Part shown: positions 34,509 through 47,169 of the stretch, in pieces | Numbering within the stretch: the first letter of the stretch is position 1 | Layout of the letters: the number at the start of each line of letters is the position of its first letter | Source of the DNA: Macrostomum lignano | Taxonomy: Eukaryota | Assembly: GCA_002269645.1 (NCBI GenBank) | Contig: NIVC01002862.1 | Location: 1-55,487 of the forward strand | Length of the DNA stretch: 55,487 nt | Reading direction: 5' to 3' | Position numbers and translations under genes: made by a program | Notes under the pieces: model-generated | Told to the model about the DNA's origin: nothing | Database searches by the model: none | The model's input: only the letters and a program-made list of their open reading frames with translations

Positions 34509-37356
34509 TCCTATATACTAAAAATGAAATGTCTGTAACTAACTAGCTATGCGATAGATTTCAGAAAAAATGGCTCAACCGATTTTCTTCAAACTTGCAC
34601 CATTCGATCAGAAATGTTCCTGGGACGGTACATGTATCTTGGCTAAGAAATTGCTCAATGTTAAAGGGATTAAATATTCGAAAAACATGCTTTTTTGCAA
34701 AGGTCAAGCCAAATTTTTGACTTGAAATGCATTGTAAGAATGCTAGAGAAAAAACTGACTGGCTGAATTACGATTGTGATAAAGATTGCATCACAACAAG
34801 GTGAAAACAGTGCCACAGAAACGCACACAAGACTTCATTGAAATTGCGTAACCATATTGCTAACTTGAATTGAGACTGATACTGGCTGACTGAGAAATTG
34901 ATTATGTCATAACTTTTTACTCTTACCGACTTGCTATAAGTATTGAATTATAAGGGCCACAAGTCATGTTCTCCAATTGAAAAGAGATAGCCGGATGCAA
35001 ACAGACTGGAATGCTAATGTAGCGACCTTGGTTCGAATCTTAGTGGTGAAAAATGTTTTTTTTATTAAAACACGTTAAAAAACACAAAATTCTCAACATT
35101 AAAGAGCCACCATGTCGAAACATTAAAGAGCCACCATTTCAAACATTAAAGAGCCACAATGTCAAACATTAAAGAGCCACCATGTCGAACATAAAAGAGC
35201 CACCATATCAAACATACAAGAGTTACCATTTCAAACCTAAAAGAGCCACCATGTCGAACATTAAAAAGCCACCATGTCAAACATTAAAGAGCCACAATGG
35301 CAAACATTAAAGAGACACCATTTCAAACCTAAAAGAGTTACCATGTCAAACATTAAAGAGCCGCCAGGTCAAACATAAAACAGACACCATTTCGAAAATT
35401 AAAGAGCCACCATTTTAAACATTAAAGAGCCACCTTGTCAAATATTAAAGAGCCACAATGTCAAACATTAAAGAGCCACCTTATCAAACATTAAAGAGCC
35501 ACCATGTCAAACATTAAAGAGCCACCATGTAAAACATTAAAGAGCCACCATGTCGAACATAAAAGAGGTACCATGTCAAACATTAAAGACCCACCAGGTC
35601 AAACATGAAAGTGCCACCATGTCAAATATTAAAAAGCCACCATGTCAAACATTAAAGAGCCACCAGGTCAAACATGAAAGTGCCACCAGGTCAAACATAT
35701 ACATGACTCCATGTCAAACATTAAAGAGCCACCATGTCGAACATAAAAGGGCCACCATGTCAAATATTAAAGAGCCACCATGTCAAACATTAAAGAGCCA
35801 CCAGGTCAAACATGAAAGTGCCACCATGTAAAACATTAAAGAGCCACCATGTCAAACATTAAAGAGCCACCAGGTCAAACATATACATGACTCCATGTCA
35901 AACATTAAAGAGCCACCATGTCGAACATAAAAGGGCCACCATGTCAAATATTAAAGAGCCACCATGTCAAACATTAAAGAGCCACCAGGTCAAACATGAA
36001 AGTGCCACCATGTAAAACATTAAAGAGCCACCATGTCGAACATTTAAGAAGCACCATGTCAAACATAAAATAGCCACCATGTGAAACATATAGGTGACTC
36101 CATGTAAAACATTAAAGAGCTACCATACCAGACATATACATGACTCCATGTCAAACATATACGTGACTCCATGTTAGACATTTAAGAGCCACCATGTCGA
36201 ACATTAAAGAGCCAACGTGTTAAAAATACAAGAGCCACCAGGTCAAACATATATATGACTCCATGTCAAACATTAAAGAGCCACCATGTCGAACATAAAA
36301 GGGCCACCATGTCAAATATTAAAGAGCCACCATGTCAAACATTTAAGAGCCACCATGTCAAACATATACATGACTCTATGTCAAACGTTAAAGAGACACC
36401 ATGTCAAACATTACAGAGCCACCATGTCAAACATTTAAGAGCCACCAGGTCAAACATGAAAGTGCCACCATGTAAAACATTAAAGAGCCACCATGTCAAA
36501 CATATACGTAACTCCATGTCAAACATTGAAGAGACCCCATGTCAAACATTAAAGAGCCACCACGTCGAACATAAAAGAGCCACCATGTAAAACATATACG
36601 TAACTCCATGTCAAACATTGAAGCGACACCATGTCGAACATAAAAGAGCCACCATGTCGAACATTAAAGAGCCACCATGTCGAACATAAAAGAGCTACCA
36701 TGTCAAACATTAAAGAGCCACCATGTTAAACATAAAAGAGCCATCATGTCAAACATATAAGTGACTTTATGTCGAACATTAAAGAGCCACCATGTCTAAC
36801 ATTAAAGAGCCACCATGTCCAACATTAAAGAGCCACCATGTCAAAAATTAAAGAGCCACCATGTCTATCATTAAAGAGCCATCATGTCAAACATTAAAGA
36901 GCTACTTTGTCTAACATTAAAGAGCCACCATGTCAAACATTAAAGAGCTACTTTGTCTAACATTAAAGAGCCACCATGTCAAACATTAAAGAGCCACCAT
37001 GTCAAACATTAAAGAGCCACCATGTCAAACATAAAAGAGCCACCTTTTTGAACATTAAAAAGCCACTTTGTAAAACATAGAAGAGCCCCCATGTCAAACA
37101 TAGAAGAGCCCCCATGTCAAACATAGAAGAGCCCCCATGTCAAACATAGAAGAGCCCCCATGTCAAACATAGAAGAGCCACTATGTCAGACATTGAAAAG
37201 CCACCGTATCAAACATAAAAGAGTTACCATGTACGAGCGTAGAACATAAAAGAGCCACCCTGTTAAACATAAAAAGATACACAATTTCAAACGTAAAAGT
37301 AAGCGAATTTTAAAGGAGCCGCTATAATGCTAAGGAAATTGTCGCACTAGCTACTT
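34509..37356 (+). mobile_element. Non-autonomous Helitron-like element, copy 1 (3'-truncated by the duplication)
   Basis: Starts TCCTATATACTAAAAATG, then a ~560-bp core and a 23-bp satellite (~35094-37290). Lacks the 18-bp array and the CTAG end. Confidence 0.8.
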
Positions 37357-38053
37357 TGAATTGTAGCTAGCGCCTTTCTAGCACAGTATATGACGCACTG
37401 CCTGATACTGCTAACACTGCACCACAAGAAAAGCTTTCATATTTCAATTCTGCGCTGGGCACGCAGTTTCCTATATACTAAAAATGAAATGTCTGTAACT
37501 AACTAGCTATGCGATAGATTTCAGAAAAAATGGCTCAACCGATTTTCTTCAAACTTGCACCATTCGATCAGAAATGTTCCTGGGACGGTACATGTATCTT
37601 GGCTAAGAAATTGCTCAATGTTAAAGGGATTAAATATTCGAAAAACATGCTTTTTTGCAAAGGTCAAGCCAAATTTTTGACTTGAAATGCATTGTAAGAA
37701 TGCTAGAGAAAAAACTGACTGGCTGAATTACGATTGTGATAAAGATTGCATCACAACAAGGTGAAAACAGTGCCACAGAAACGCACACAAGACTTCATTG
37801 AAATTGCGTAACCATATTGCTAACTTGAATTGAGACTGATACTGGCTGACTGAGAAATTGATTATGTCATAACTTTTTACTCTTACCGACTTGCTATAAG
37901 TATTGAATTATAAGGGCCACAAGTCATGTTCTCCAATTGAAAAGAGATAGCCGGATGCAAACAGACTGGAATGCTAATGTAGCGACCTTGGTTCGAATCT
38001 TAGTGGTGAAAAATGTTTTTTTTATTAAAACACGTTAAAAAACACAAAATTCT

Positions 38054-40250
38054 CAACATTAAAGAGCCACCATGTCGAAACATTAAAGAGCCACCATTTC
38101 AAACATTAAAGAGCCACAATGTCAAACATTAAAGAGCCACCATGTCGAACATAAAAGAGCCACCATATCAAACATACAAGAGTTACCATTTCAAACCTAA
38201 AAGAGCCACCATGTCGAACATTAAAAAGCCACCATGTCAAACATTAAAGAGCCACAATGGCAAACATTAAAGAGACACCATTTCAAACCTAAAAGAGTTA
38301 CCATGTCAAACATTAAAGAGCCGCCAGGTCAAACATAAAACAGACACCATTTCGAAAATTAAAGAGCCACCATTTTAAACATTAAAGAGCCACCTTGTCA
38401 AATATTAAAGAGCCACAATGTCAAACATTAAAGAGCCACCTTATCAAACATTAAAGAGCCACCATGTCAAACATTAAAGAGCCACCATGTAAAACATTAA
38501 AGAGCCACCATGTCGAACATAAAAGAGGTACCATGTCAAACATTAAAGACCCACCAGGTCAAACATGAAAGTGCCACCATGTCAAATATTAAAAAGCCAC
38601 CATGTCAAACATTAAAGAGCCACCAGGTCAAACATGAAAGTGCCACCAGGTCAAACATATACATGACTCCATGTCAAACATTAAAGAGCCACCATGTCGA
38701 ACATAAAAGGGCCACCATGTCAAATATTAAAGAGCCACCATGTCAAACATTAAAGAGCCACCAGGTCAAACATGAAAGTGCCACCATGTAAAACATTAAA
38801 GAGCCACCATGTCAAACATTAAAGAGCCACCAGGTCAAACATATACATGACTCCATGTCAAACATTAAAGAGCCACCATGTCGAACATAAAAGGGCCACC
38901 ATGTCAAATATTAAAGAGCCACCATGTCAAACATTAAAGAGCCACCAGGTCAAACATGAAAGTGCCACCATGTAAAACATTAAAGAGCCACCATGTCGAA
39001 CATTTAAGAAGCACCATGTCAAACATAAAATAGCCACCATGTGAAACATATAGGTGACTCCATGTAAAACATTAAAGAGCTACCATACCAGACATATACA
39101 TGACTCCATGTCAAACATATACGTGACTCCATGTTAGACATTTAAGAGCCACCATGTCGAACATTAAAGAGCCAACGTGTTAAAAATACAAGAGCCACCA
39201 GGTCAAACATATATATGACTCCATGTCAAACATTAAAGAGCCACCATGTCGAACATAAAAGGGCCACCATGTCAAATATTAAAGAGCCACCATGTCAAAC
39301 ATTTAAGAGCCACCATGTCAAACATATACATGACTCTATGTCAAACGTTAAAGAGACACCATGTCAAACATTACAGAGCCACCATGTCAAACATTTAAGA
39401 GCCACCAGGTCAAACATGAAAGTGCCACCATGTAAAACATTAAAGAGCCACCATGTCAAACATATACGTAACTCCATGTCAAACATTGAAGAGACCCCAT
39501 GTCAAACATTAAAGAGCCACCACGTCGAACATAAAAGAGCCACCATGTAAAACATATACGTAACTCCATGTCAAACATTGAAGCGACACCATGTCGAACA
39601 TAAAAGAGCCACCATGTCGAACATTAAAGAGCCACCATGTCGAACATAAAAGAGCTACCATGTCAAACATTAAAGAGCCACCATGTTAAACATAAAAGAG
39701 CCATCATGTCAAACATATAAGTGACTTTATGTCGAACATTAAAGAGCCACCATGTCTAACATTAAAGAGCCACCATGTCCAACATTAAAGAGCCACCATG
39801 TCAAAAATTAAAGAGCCACCATGTCTATCATTAAAGAGCCATCATGTCAAACATTAAAGAGCTACTTTGTCTAACATTAAAGAGCCACCATGTCAAACAT
39901 TAAAGAGCTACTTTGTCTAACATTAAAGAGCCACCATGTCAAACATTAAAGAGCCACCATGTCAAACATTAAAGAGCCACCATGTCAAACATAAAAGAGC
40001 CACCTTTTTGAACATTAAAAAGCCACTTTGTAAAACATAGAAGAGCCCCCATGTCAAACATAGAAGAGCCCCCATGTCAAACATAGAAGAGCCCCCATGT
40101 CAAACATAGAAGAGCCCCCATGTCAAACATAGAAGAGCCACTATGTCAGACATTGAAAAGCCACCGTATCAAACATAAAAGAGTTACCATGTACGAGCGT
40201 AGAACATAAAAGAGCCACCCTGTTAAACATAAAAAGATACACAATTTCAA
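38054..40250. repeat. 23-bp satellite (ACATTAAAGAGCCACCATGTCAA) inside Helitron copy 2; equivalent arrays at ~35094-37290 and ~41400-43505
   Basis: 23-nt steps (for example CATT at 36961, 36984, 37007). The 23-aa repeat ORFs are three-unit translations. Confidence 0.95.
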
Positions 40251-40325
40251 ACGTAAAAGTAAGCGAATTTTAAAGGAGCCGCTATAATGCTAAGGAAATT
40301 GTCGCACTAGCTACTTATTGTCTGG

Positions 40326-40670
40326 TGGATGCTTGCTATTTGGGGATGCTATCTATCTTGGGGATGCTTGCTATCTGGGGGATGCTTGCTATCTGGGGGA
40401 TGCTTGCTATCTGGGGGATGCTTGCTATCTGGGGGATGCTTGCTATCTGGGGGATGCTTGCTATCTGGGGGATGCTTGCTATCTGGGGGATGCTTGCTAT
40501 CTGGGGGATGCTTGCTATCTGAGGGATGCTTGCTATCTTGGGGATGCTTGCTATCTGGGGGATGCTTGCAATCTGGGGATGCTTGCTATCTGGGGATGCT
40601 TGCCATCTTGGGGATGCTTGCTATCTAGGGGATGCTTGCTATCTGGGGGATGCTTGCAGTCTTGGGATGA
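40326..40670. repeat. 18-bp minisatellite (GGGGGATGCTTGCTATCT) inside Helitron copy 2
   Basis: Direct periodicity; translates as LGDACY repeats. Confidence 0.95.
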
Positions 40671-40803
40671 TTTCTTTTTGCAATGCACTTCATTTGAGCA
40701 GTTTGTCTGTTGTCTTTTTGAAGGATTTTTGGCTGTCTTTTTGTTACTTTAGAAAACAGAGATTCTATCCAGATGTCCCCCATCGGGGGGCGAAGATTGC
40801 TAG

Positions 40804-43800
40804 TCCTATATACTAAAAATGAGTTGTCTGTGGGTAGGTAGGTAGGTAGGTATGCGATAGATTTCAGAAAAAATGGCTCAACCGATTTTCTTCAAACTTG
40901 CATTATTCGATCAGAAATTTTCCTGGGACGGTACATGCATCTTGGCTAAGAAATTGCTCAATTTTAAAGGGATTAAATATTCGAAAAACATGCTTTTTTG
41001 CAAAGGTCAAGCAGCTCTTTCGACCTGAAATGCATTGTAAGAATGCTAGAGAAAAAACTGACTGACTGAATTCCGATTGTGATAAAGATTGCATCACAAC
41101 AAGTTGAAAACAGTACCGAAGAAATGCACACACGACTTGATTTAAATTGCGTAACCATATTGCTAACTTAAATTGAGACTGATACTGGCTGACTGAGAAA
41201 TTGATTATGTCATAACTTTTTACTCCAATTGACTTGCTGTAAGAATTGAATTATAAGGGCCACAATTCATGTTCTCCAATTGAAAAGAGATAGCCCTGAT
41301 GCGAACAGACTGGAATGCTAATGTAGCGACCTGGGTTCGAATCATAGTAGTGCAAAAAGATTTTTTTATTAAAACACCTTAAAAACACAACAAAACTGCT
41401 AAACATCAAAGAAGCGCAATGTCAAACATAGAAGAGCCAACATATCGAACATAAAAGAGTTACCATGTCAAACATAAAAGAGCTACCATGTCGAACATTA
41501 AAGAGCTACCATGTCGAACATTAAAGAGCCACCATGTCAAACATAAAAGAGCCACCATGTCAAACATAAAACAGCCACCATTTCGAACATTAAAGAGCCA
41601 CCATTTCGAACATTAAAGAGCCACCATTTTGAACATTAAAGAGCCACTATGTCAAACAATTAAGAGCCACCATGTCAAACATAAAAGAGCCAACATGTCA
41701 GACATTCAAAAGCCACCGTATCAAACATAAAAGAGTTACCATGTAGAACAAAAAAGATCCACCATGTCGAACATAAAAGAGCCACCATGTCAAACATAAA
41801 GAGCCACCATGTCAAACATTTAGAAGCCACCATGTCAAACATATATGTGACTTTATGTCAAATATTAAAGAGCCACCATGTGAAACATTAAAGAGCCACC
41901 ATGTCAAACATTTAAGAGTCACCATGTCAAACCTAAAAGAGCCACCATGTCGAACATAAAAGAGCCACAATGTCAAACATTAAAGAGCCACCATTTCAAA
42001 CCTAAAGGAGCCACCATGTCGAACATTAAAGAGCCACCATGTCGAACATAAAAGAGCCACCATATCAAACATAAAAGAGTTACCATGTCAAACATTAAAG
42101 AGCCACCATGTCAAACATAAAGCAGCCACCATTTCGAAAATTAAGGAGCCACCATTTCGAAAATTAAGGAGCCACCATGTCGAACATTAAAGAGCCACCA
42201 TGTCAAACATTTAGGAGCCACCATGTCAAACATATATGTGACTTTATGTCAAATATTAAAGAGCCACCATGTGAAACATTAAAGAGCCACCATGTCAAAC
42301 ATTTAAGAGTCACCATGTCAAACCTAAAAGAGCCACCATGTCGAACATAAAAGAGCCACAATGTCAAACATTAAAGAGCCACCATTTCAAACCTAAAGGA
42401 GCCACCATGTCGAACATTAAAGAGCCACCATGTCGAACATAAAAGAGCCACCATATCAAACATAAAAGAGTTACCATGTCAAACATTAAAGAGCCACCAT
42501 GTCAAACATAAAGCAGCCACCATTTCGAAAATTAAGGAGCCACCATTTCGAAAATTAAGGAGCCACCATGTCGAACATTAAAGAGCCACCATGTCAAACA
42601 TTTAGGAGCCACCATGTCAAACATATATGTGACTTTATGTCAAATATTAAAGAGCCACCATGTGAAACATTAAAGAGCCACCATGTCAAACATTTAAGAG
42701 TCACCATGTCAAACCTAAAAGAGCCACCATGTCGAACATAAAAGAGCCACAATGTCAAACATTAAAGAGCCACCATTTCAAACCTAAAGGAGCCACCATG
42801 TCGAACATTAAAGAGCCACCATGTCGAACATAAAAGAGCCACCATATCAAACATAAAAGAGTTACCATGTCAAACATTAAAGAGCCACCATGTCAAACAT
42901 AAAGCAGCCACCATTTCGAAAATTAAGGAGCCACCATTTCGAAAATTAAGAAGCCACCATGTCGAACATTAAAGAGCCACCTTGTCAAATATTAAAGAGC
43001 CACAATGTCAAACATTAAAGAGCCACCATTTCAAACCTAAATGAGCCACCATGTCGAACATTAAAGAGCCACCATGTCGAACATAAAAGAGCCACCATGT
43101 CGAACATAAAACAGACACCATTAAGAACATTAAAGAGCCACCATGTCGAACATTAAAGAGCCACCATGTCAAACATTAAAGAGCCACCATGTCAAACATA
43201 AAAGAGCCACCATTTCGAAAATTAAGGAGCCACCATTTCGAACATAAAAGAGCAGCCATGTAGAACATAAAAGAGCCACCATGTCGAACATAAAAGAGCC
43301 ACCATGTCAAACATAAAAAAGCCAGCATGTCAAACATAAAAGAGCCAACATGAAGAACATTAAAGAGCCACCATGTCGACCATTAAAAGAGCCACCATGT
43401 CGAACATACAAGAGCCACCATGTCAAACATAAAAAAGCCACCATGTCGAACAATAAAGAGCCACCATGTCAAACATAAAAGAGCCACCATGTCAAACATT
43501 CAAGATATACAATTTCAAATGTAAAGGTATAAAGCGCCATGCCAATTTAAAGGAGCCACTATAAAGCTAAGGAAATTGTCGCTCTAGCTACTTTTTGTCT
43601 GGTGGATGGTTGCTATTTGGGGGATGCTTGCCTTCTGGGGGATGCTTGCTATCTGGGCGATGCTTGCAATTTGGGGGATGCTTGCTATCTGAGGGATGCT
43701 TGCTATCTGGTGGATGCTTGCTATCTGAGGGATGCTTGCTATCTGAGTGATGCTTGCTATCTGGGGGATGCTTGCTATTTGGAGGATGCTTGCTTTCTGG

Positions 43801-44370
43801 GGGATGCTTGCTATCTGGGCGATGCTTGCAATTTGGGGGATGCTTGCTATCTGAGGGATGCTTGCTATCTGGTGGATGCTTGCTATCTGAGGGATGCTTG
43901 CTATCTGAGTGATGCTTGCTATCTGGGGGATGCTTGCTATCTGAGGGATGCTTGCTATCTGAGGGATGCTTGCTATTTGGGGTATGCTTGCTATCTGAGG
44001 GATGCTTGCTATCTGGGGAATGCTTGCTATCTGGGGAATGTTTGCTATCTGGGGAATGCTTGCTATCTGGGGATGCTTGCTATCTGGGGGATGTTTGCTA
44101 TCTGGGGATGCTTGCTATCTGGGGGATGCTTGCTATCTGGGGGATGCTTGCTATCTGGGGGATGCTTGCTATTTGAGGGATGCTTGCTATCTGGGGAATG
44201 CTTGCTATCTGGGGGATGCTTGTGGTCTTGGGAAGATTTCTTATTGCAATTCACTTCATTTGAGCAGTTTGTCTGTTGTCTTTGTGAAGGATTTTCTGGC
44301 TGTCTTTTTGTTACTTGTAGAGAACAGAGATTCTATCCAGATGTCCCCCATCGGGGGCGAAGATTGCTAG
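40804..44370 (+). mobile_element. Non-autonomous Helitron-like element, copy 3 (3567 bp, complete, diverged from copy 2)
   Basis: TCCTATATACTAAAAATG directly follows the CTAG of copy 2. (GGTA)n near the 5' end; same hairpin and CTAG at 44367-44370. Confidence 0.85.
43603..44225. repeat. 18-bp minisatellite inside Helitron copy 3 (longer array)
   Basis: Same unit as 40326-40670, with more variants. Confidence 0.95.
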
Positions 44371-44796
44371 TTATATGCTAAATTTTGCCATAAATGTATA
44401 CGAAATGTGTTACGCAACATGTAGCGATTAGAGTGGTTCATTGCATGGCTATAGTGACCCTTGGCCCTAATTCATCTATCTTTCGTCTTGGATTCACTTA
44501 CCATGTATATGTACTGTACAACAGAAGTGTTATTCACTTCTACGGTAGATAGATAGTTCGCTAAAGAGTGTATTCAATGATTTGACTGTATAATTTGGTC
44601 TGTGGGGGGCAACCACTAACTCACTAGCTTATTCACTGTGTAACGAAATGAGACAATACTAGCAATCAGCGCCACCCGTTGGAGAGCCAACAAAGAATGG
44701 AGTACATATAGCTTCTCCTTGCAATAACCTCAGCAACCCCCCGTGAGCCTTGAAATCTCAACAATCCCCCGTGAGCCTTTAAATCTCAGCAATGCC

Positions 44797-44842
44797 CCCT
44801 AAACCTAACCCTAACCCTAAACCAAACATAGCCATAACCCTA
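44797..44842. repeat. Short interstitial CCCTAA-like (telomeric-type) tract
   Basis: CCCTAAACCTAACCCTAACCCTAAACC, preceded by two ~28-bp CCCCGTGAGCCTT direct repeats. Confidence 0.6.
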
Positions 44843-45638
44843 AAGCACTGACATCTTAGCAATTCTTCCCCCGTAAACCTTGACATTTTAGTAGTTATCC
44901 CTAAGTCACAGCATTATAGCGATTTCTTTCAAGCCTTGTCCCAAATGAATCTTCTATGTTTGACATGACGTTTCTTCTTGGTCTACACAAACTGTACAAA
45001 TGCACAAAAACGCGCGCGCAACGAAAGTCAAGTCGCTTGAAACCCAAAATGTGCGTCTGAGCCCGGAGAAAGCTGTACATGTACGAGTCTGGCACACAGA
45101 GTTTCAGGAGCGGCAGTTGTGCTGCAAATCCCGAAATTGTAGTTCGCTTCGTCAGGATTTAATTTAGTACGAGTATTAGACAAGAACAATAGCAGCCTTC
45201 TTGTATTCAATGCACCGCCATGTCCAAAAATTAGTTAGGAATAAATTGTAGGTAGTTAGCTGATAGCAAGTATTGCTGAATTAAAAGCAATGACAAGTGA
45301 CAAACAATTGTTTGCAGATGCAGCATCCATAGGTCTTGGGTGCCTGGAAAGCTATAAAGAATATATAATTGCTGTCATAAGATTTTTGGGTATTGATATA
45401 CACTGGTTAGTTTGACGAACACGATGTTTAACTCAAAGATAGAGATTTCTTTATCGGACGTAGAATATTCAAAGCGATCAAACAAAACTGTTGGTTTAAC
45501 AGCTCCAGTTAATAATTTTGGCAATTACGAGCGCATTTGGAATTTAAAAGATCGGGGTGTTCTCAGGTTGTTTTTTCCATCAAATTCAAATTCAAAGTGA
45601 CTCAAAGCGAAAGTTTAAATCAAATTTCCGATCCGAGT

Positions 45639-46568
45639 TCAGTCGACTGTGACGAGCATGTAGTCAGCTGGCCTCACAAAGTTGTCCCACAGGCCGACCT
45701 GTGGGTTGTACAGAATTTTCGGCAGATCCGCGCTGCTCCCACCAGTCTGAGCCCACGCACAAAGATCGTACCTCTCCGCAACAGCCAAGACGCCAACATC
45801 TGCTCCGCAGCCGCCGTAATTCGTGTTGATGAAGAATGTCCGCTTGAGTCCGTCCAGGCTAGCATGAATATGACCATCCATAGAAAAGTAGTTGTAGGTC
45901 CTGGACGCCAGACCCAAGTCCGGCTCGCTGCCGACAAGCCTGTCCTTGCTGAACCAATTCGTTGCATTCAGTCCCGAGAACCTGGCGTCAAACGAGATCT
46001 TCAGCACCGTGACACCGTCCTTGAGCAGCTCGACCGAGATCGTCTTGCCGGACACGAGTCTCACAAGATCCGGAAGTCGGTCGAGCCAACAAGAGCGCCA
46101 AAAGTTCATCGGAGGCGGTCCGACGAGCGGTGACAGCAGGAGAGACCAGTTGCAGTCGATGGGCGTCAGGTACGAGTCCAGTACGTTGACTTGGCTAGCA
46201 GACTTGACCGCGAACAGCACGAGTCTGAGCTGGCTTTGAGACGTCAGTAGCTCAGTGGTGCGCGGCTCCGACTCGTTCAGCAGCAGCTGGTCGCACCAGG
46301 CGGAGATCTCGCAGCCTTCAGCTTCAGCTAATGGGGTGTAGTGGATGAAGCCGGGGTCAGCGCCCTCCCGCTTCAGCCTCATCCACTGCATCAGACAGTC
46401 GGCCTGATACTTTGTCTGAGTCTTCACCAGTCTATGGCAACTCGTGGGAACACCGGGTAGCGACATCTGCCTAAAGAACTCCGACTGCCTGTCGGACTCG
46501 AAAGTGCTGGATTCTACCGACGCAAATATGGCAGTTAATAGCAGGTAAGACAGAAGGTTTAGCTTCAT
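45639..46568 (-). CDS. Secreted 309-aa protein: signal peptide, PAN/apple-like Cys region (tentative), and a C-terminal domain with FFINTNYGGCGADVG
   Basis: Single-exon ORF with ATG and TGA, hydrophobic N-terminus MKLNLLSYLLLTAIFASVES, GC3-rich codons. Confidence 0.8.
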   Translation of the reverse strand: MKLNLLSYLLLTAIFASVESSTFESDRQSEFFRQMSLPGVPTSCHRLVKTQTKYQADCLMQWMRLKREGADPGFIHYTPLAEAEGCEISAWCDQLLLNESEPRTTELLTSQSQLRLVLFAVKSASQVNVLDSYLTPIDCNWSLLLSPLVGPPPMNFWRSCWLDRLPDLVRLVSGKTISVELLKDGVTVLKISFDARFSGLNATNWFSKDRLVGSEPDLGLASRTYNYFSMDGHIHASLDGLKRTFFINTNYGGCGADVGVLAVAERYDLCAWAQTGGSSADLPKILYNPQVGLWDNFVRPADYMLVTVD

Positions 46569-47169
46569 TGTAAGATTGCGGCAGAATCGAGTCGAATACT
46601 TCGGAATTCAACAAGATTTTACAAAATACGTCAGTCTAATTCTACTGCCACACTATGGCAATTGCTGTTGGTCAGGTTGCCATTTTTATGCATTCGATTC
46701 TTATAGTAAATGTCAAAGGTAAAAGGCAAGTACGAGCTATTTAAAAAGCCATTTTTTCATGCCAATCTTTTCTAGAATGGCAATGGCTTTTATTGCTATT
46801 GCAGCTTCTCAACAGTCACTCCAGCTGGAACAGGAAGCTTTGAGAAAATCGGTGTTTGAATGGCATTAACATGTTTTAGCCTAAGACGGATTGCCCCATC
46901 ATGGTAAAGAAGACATTTCTGCTGCATGTCAATCAAGGACCACTGTATTAGGACTCTGCACTCACGAATCACAGAAAAAATTGAAGGCTGATTTTTCAGC
47001 CTTCAAAACTTTTTGAACCCCCATTAAAGTATTTTAAGCGGACATTTGGTTTACAAATAACTTGTTATTTGCATCAAAAGAGTTTGTTCCTGCCGGAAAG
47101 CTCGTTGAGACCATGATTATTTGAGACCCGTGACACATATGCGTAAGAGGCTTCCCTCTTAACAATATC

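Larger units (their letters stand above)
34412..40316. repeat. Tandem segmental duplication: 34412-37356 = 37372-40316 (2945 bp), separated by a 15-nt junction
   Basis: Constant 2960-nt offset (for example, identical ORFs at 35550/38510 and 36255/39215). No differences seen in the parts compared by eye. Confidence 0.92.
37469..40803 (+). mobile_element. Non-autonomous Helitron-like element, copy 2 (3335 bp, complete)
   Basis: 5' TC; 3' hairpin GTCCCCC-ATC-GGGGGGC (40775-40791) followed by CTAG (40800-40803). Internal 23-bp and 18-bp arrays. Confidence 0.85.

Noticed and set aside
34990-35050. tRNA-like GGTTCGAATC B-box in the Helitron core (also at ~37990 and ~41333)
   Set aside because: No acceptor stem or cloverleaf; at most a decayed SINE fragment carried by the element.
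35550-44381. Repetitive ORFs (MSNIKEPPCQTLKSH..., LGDACY...)
   Set aside because: Translations of the 23-bp and 18-bp satellites inside the Helitrons.
46981-47006. Perfect 11-bp hairpin TTGAAGGCTGA-TTTT-TCAGCCTTCAA
   Set aside because: Isolated and too short for a pre-miRNA; bacterial-style terminators are not meaningful here.
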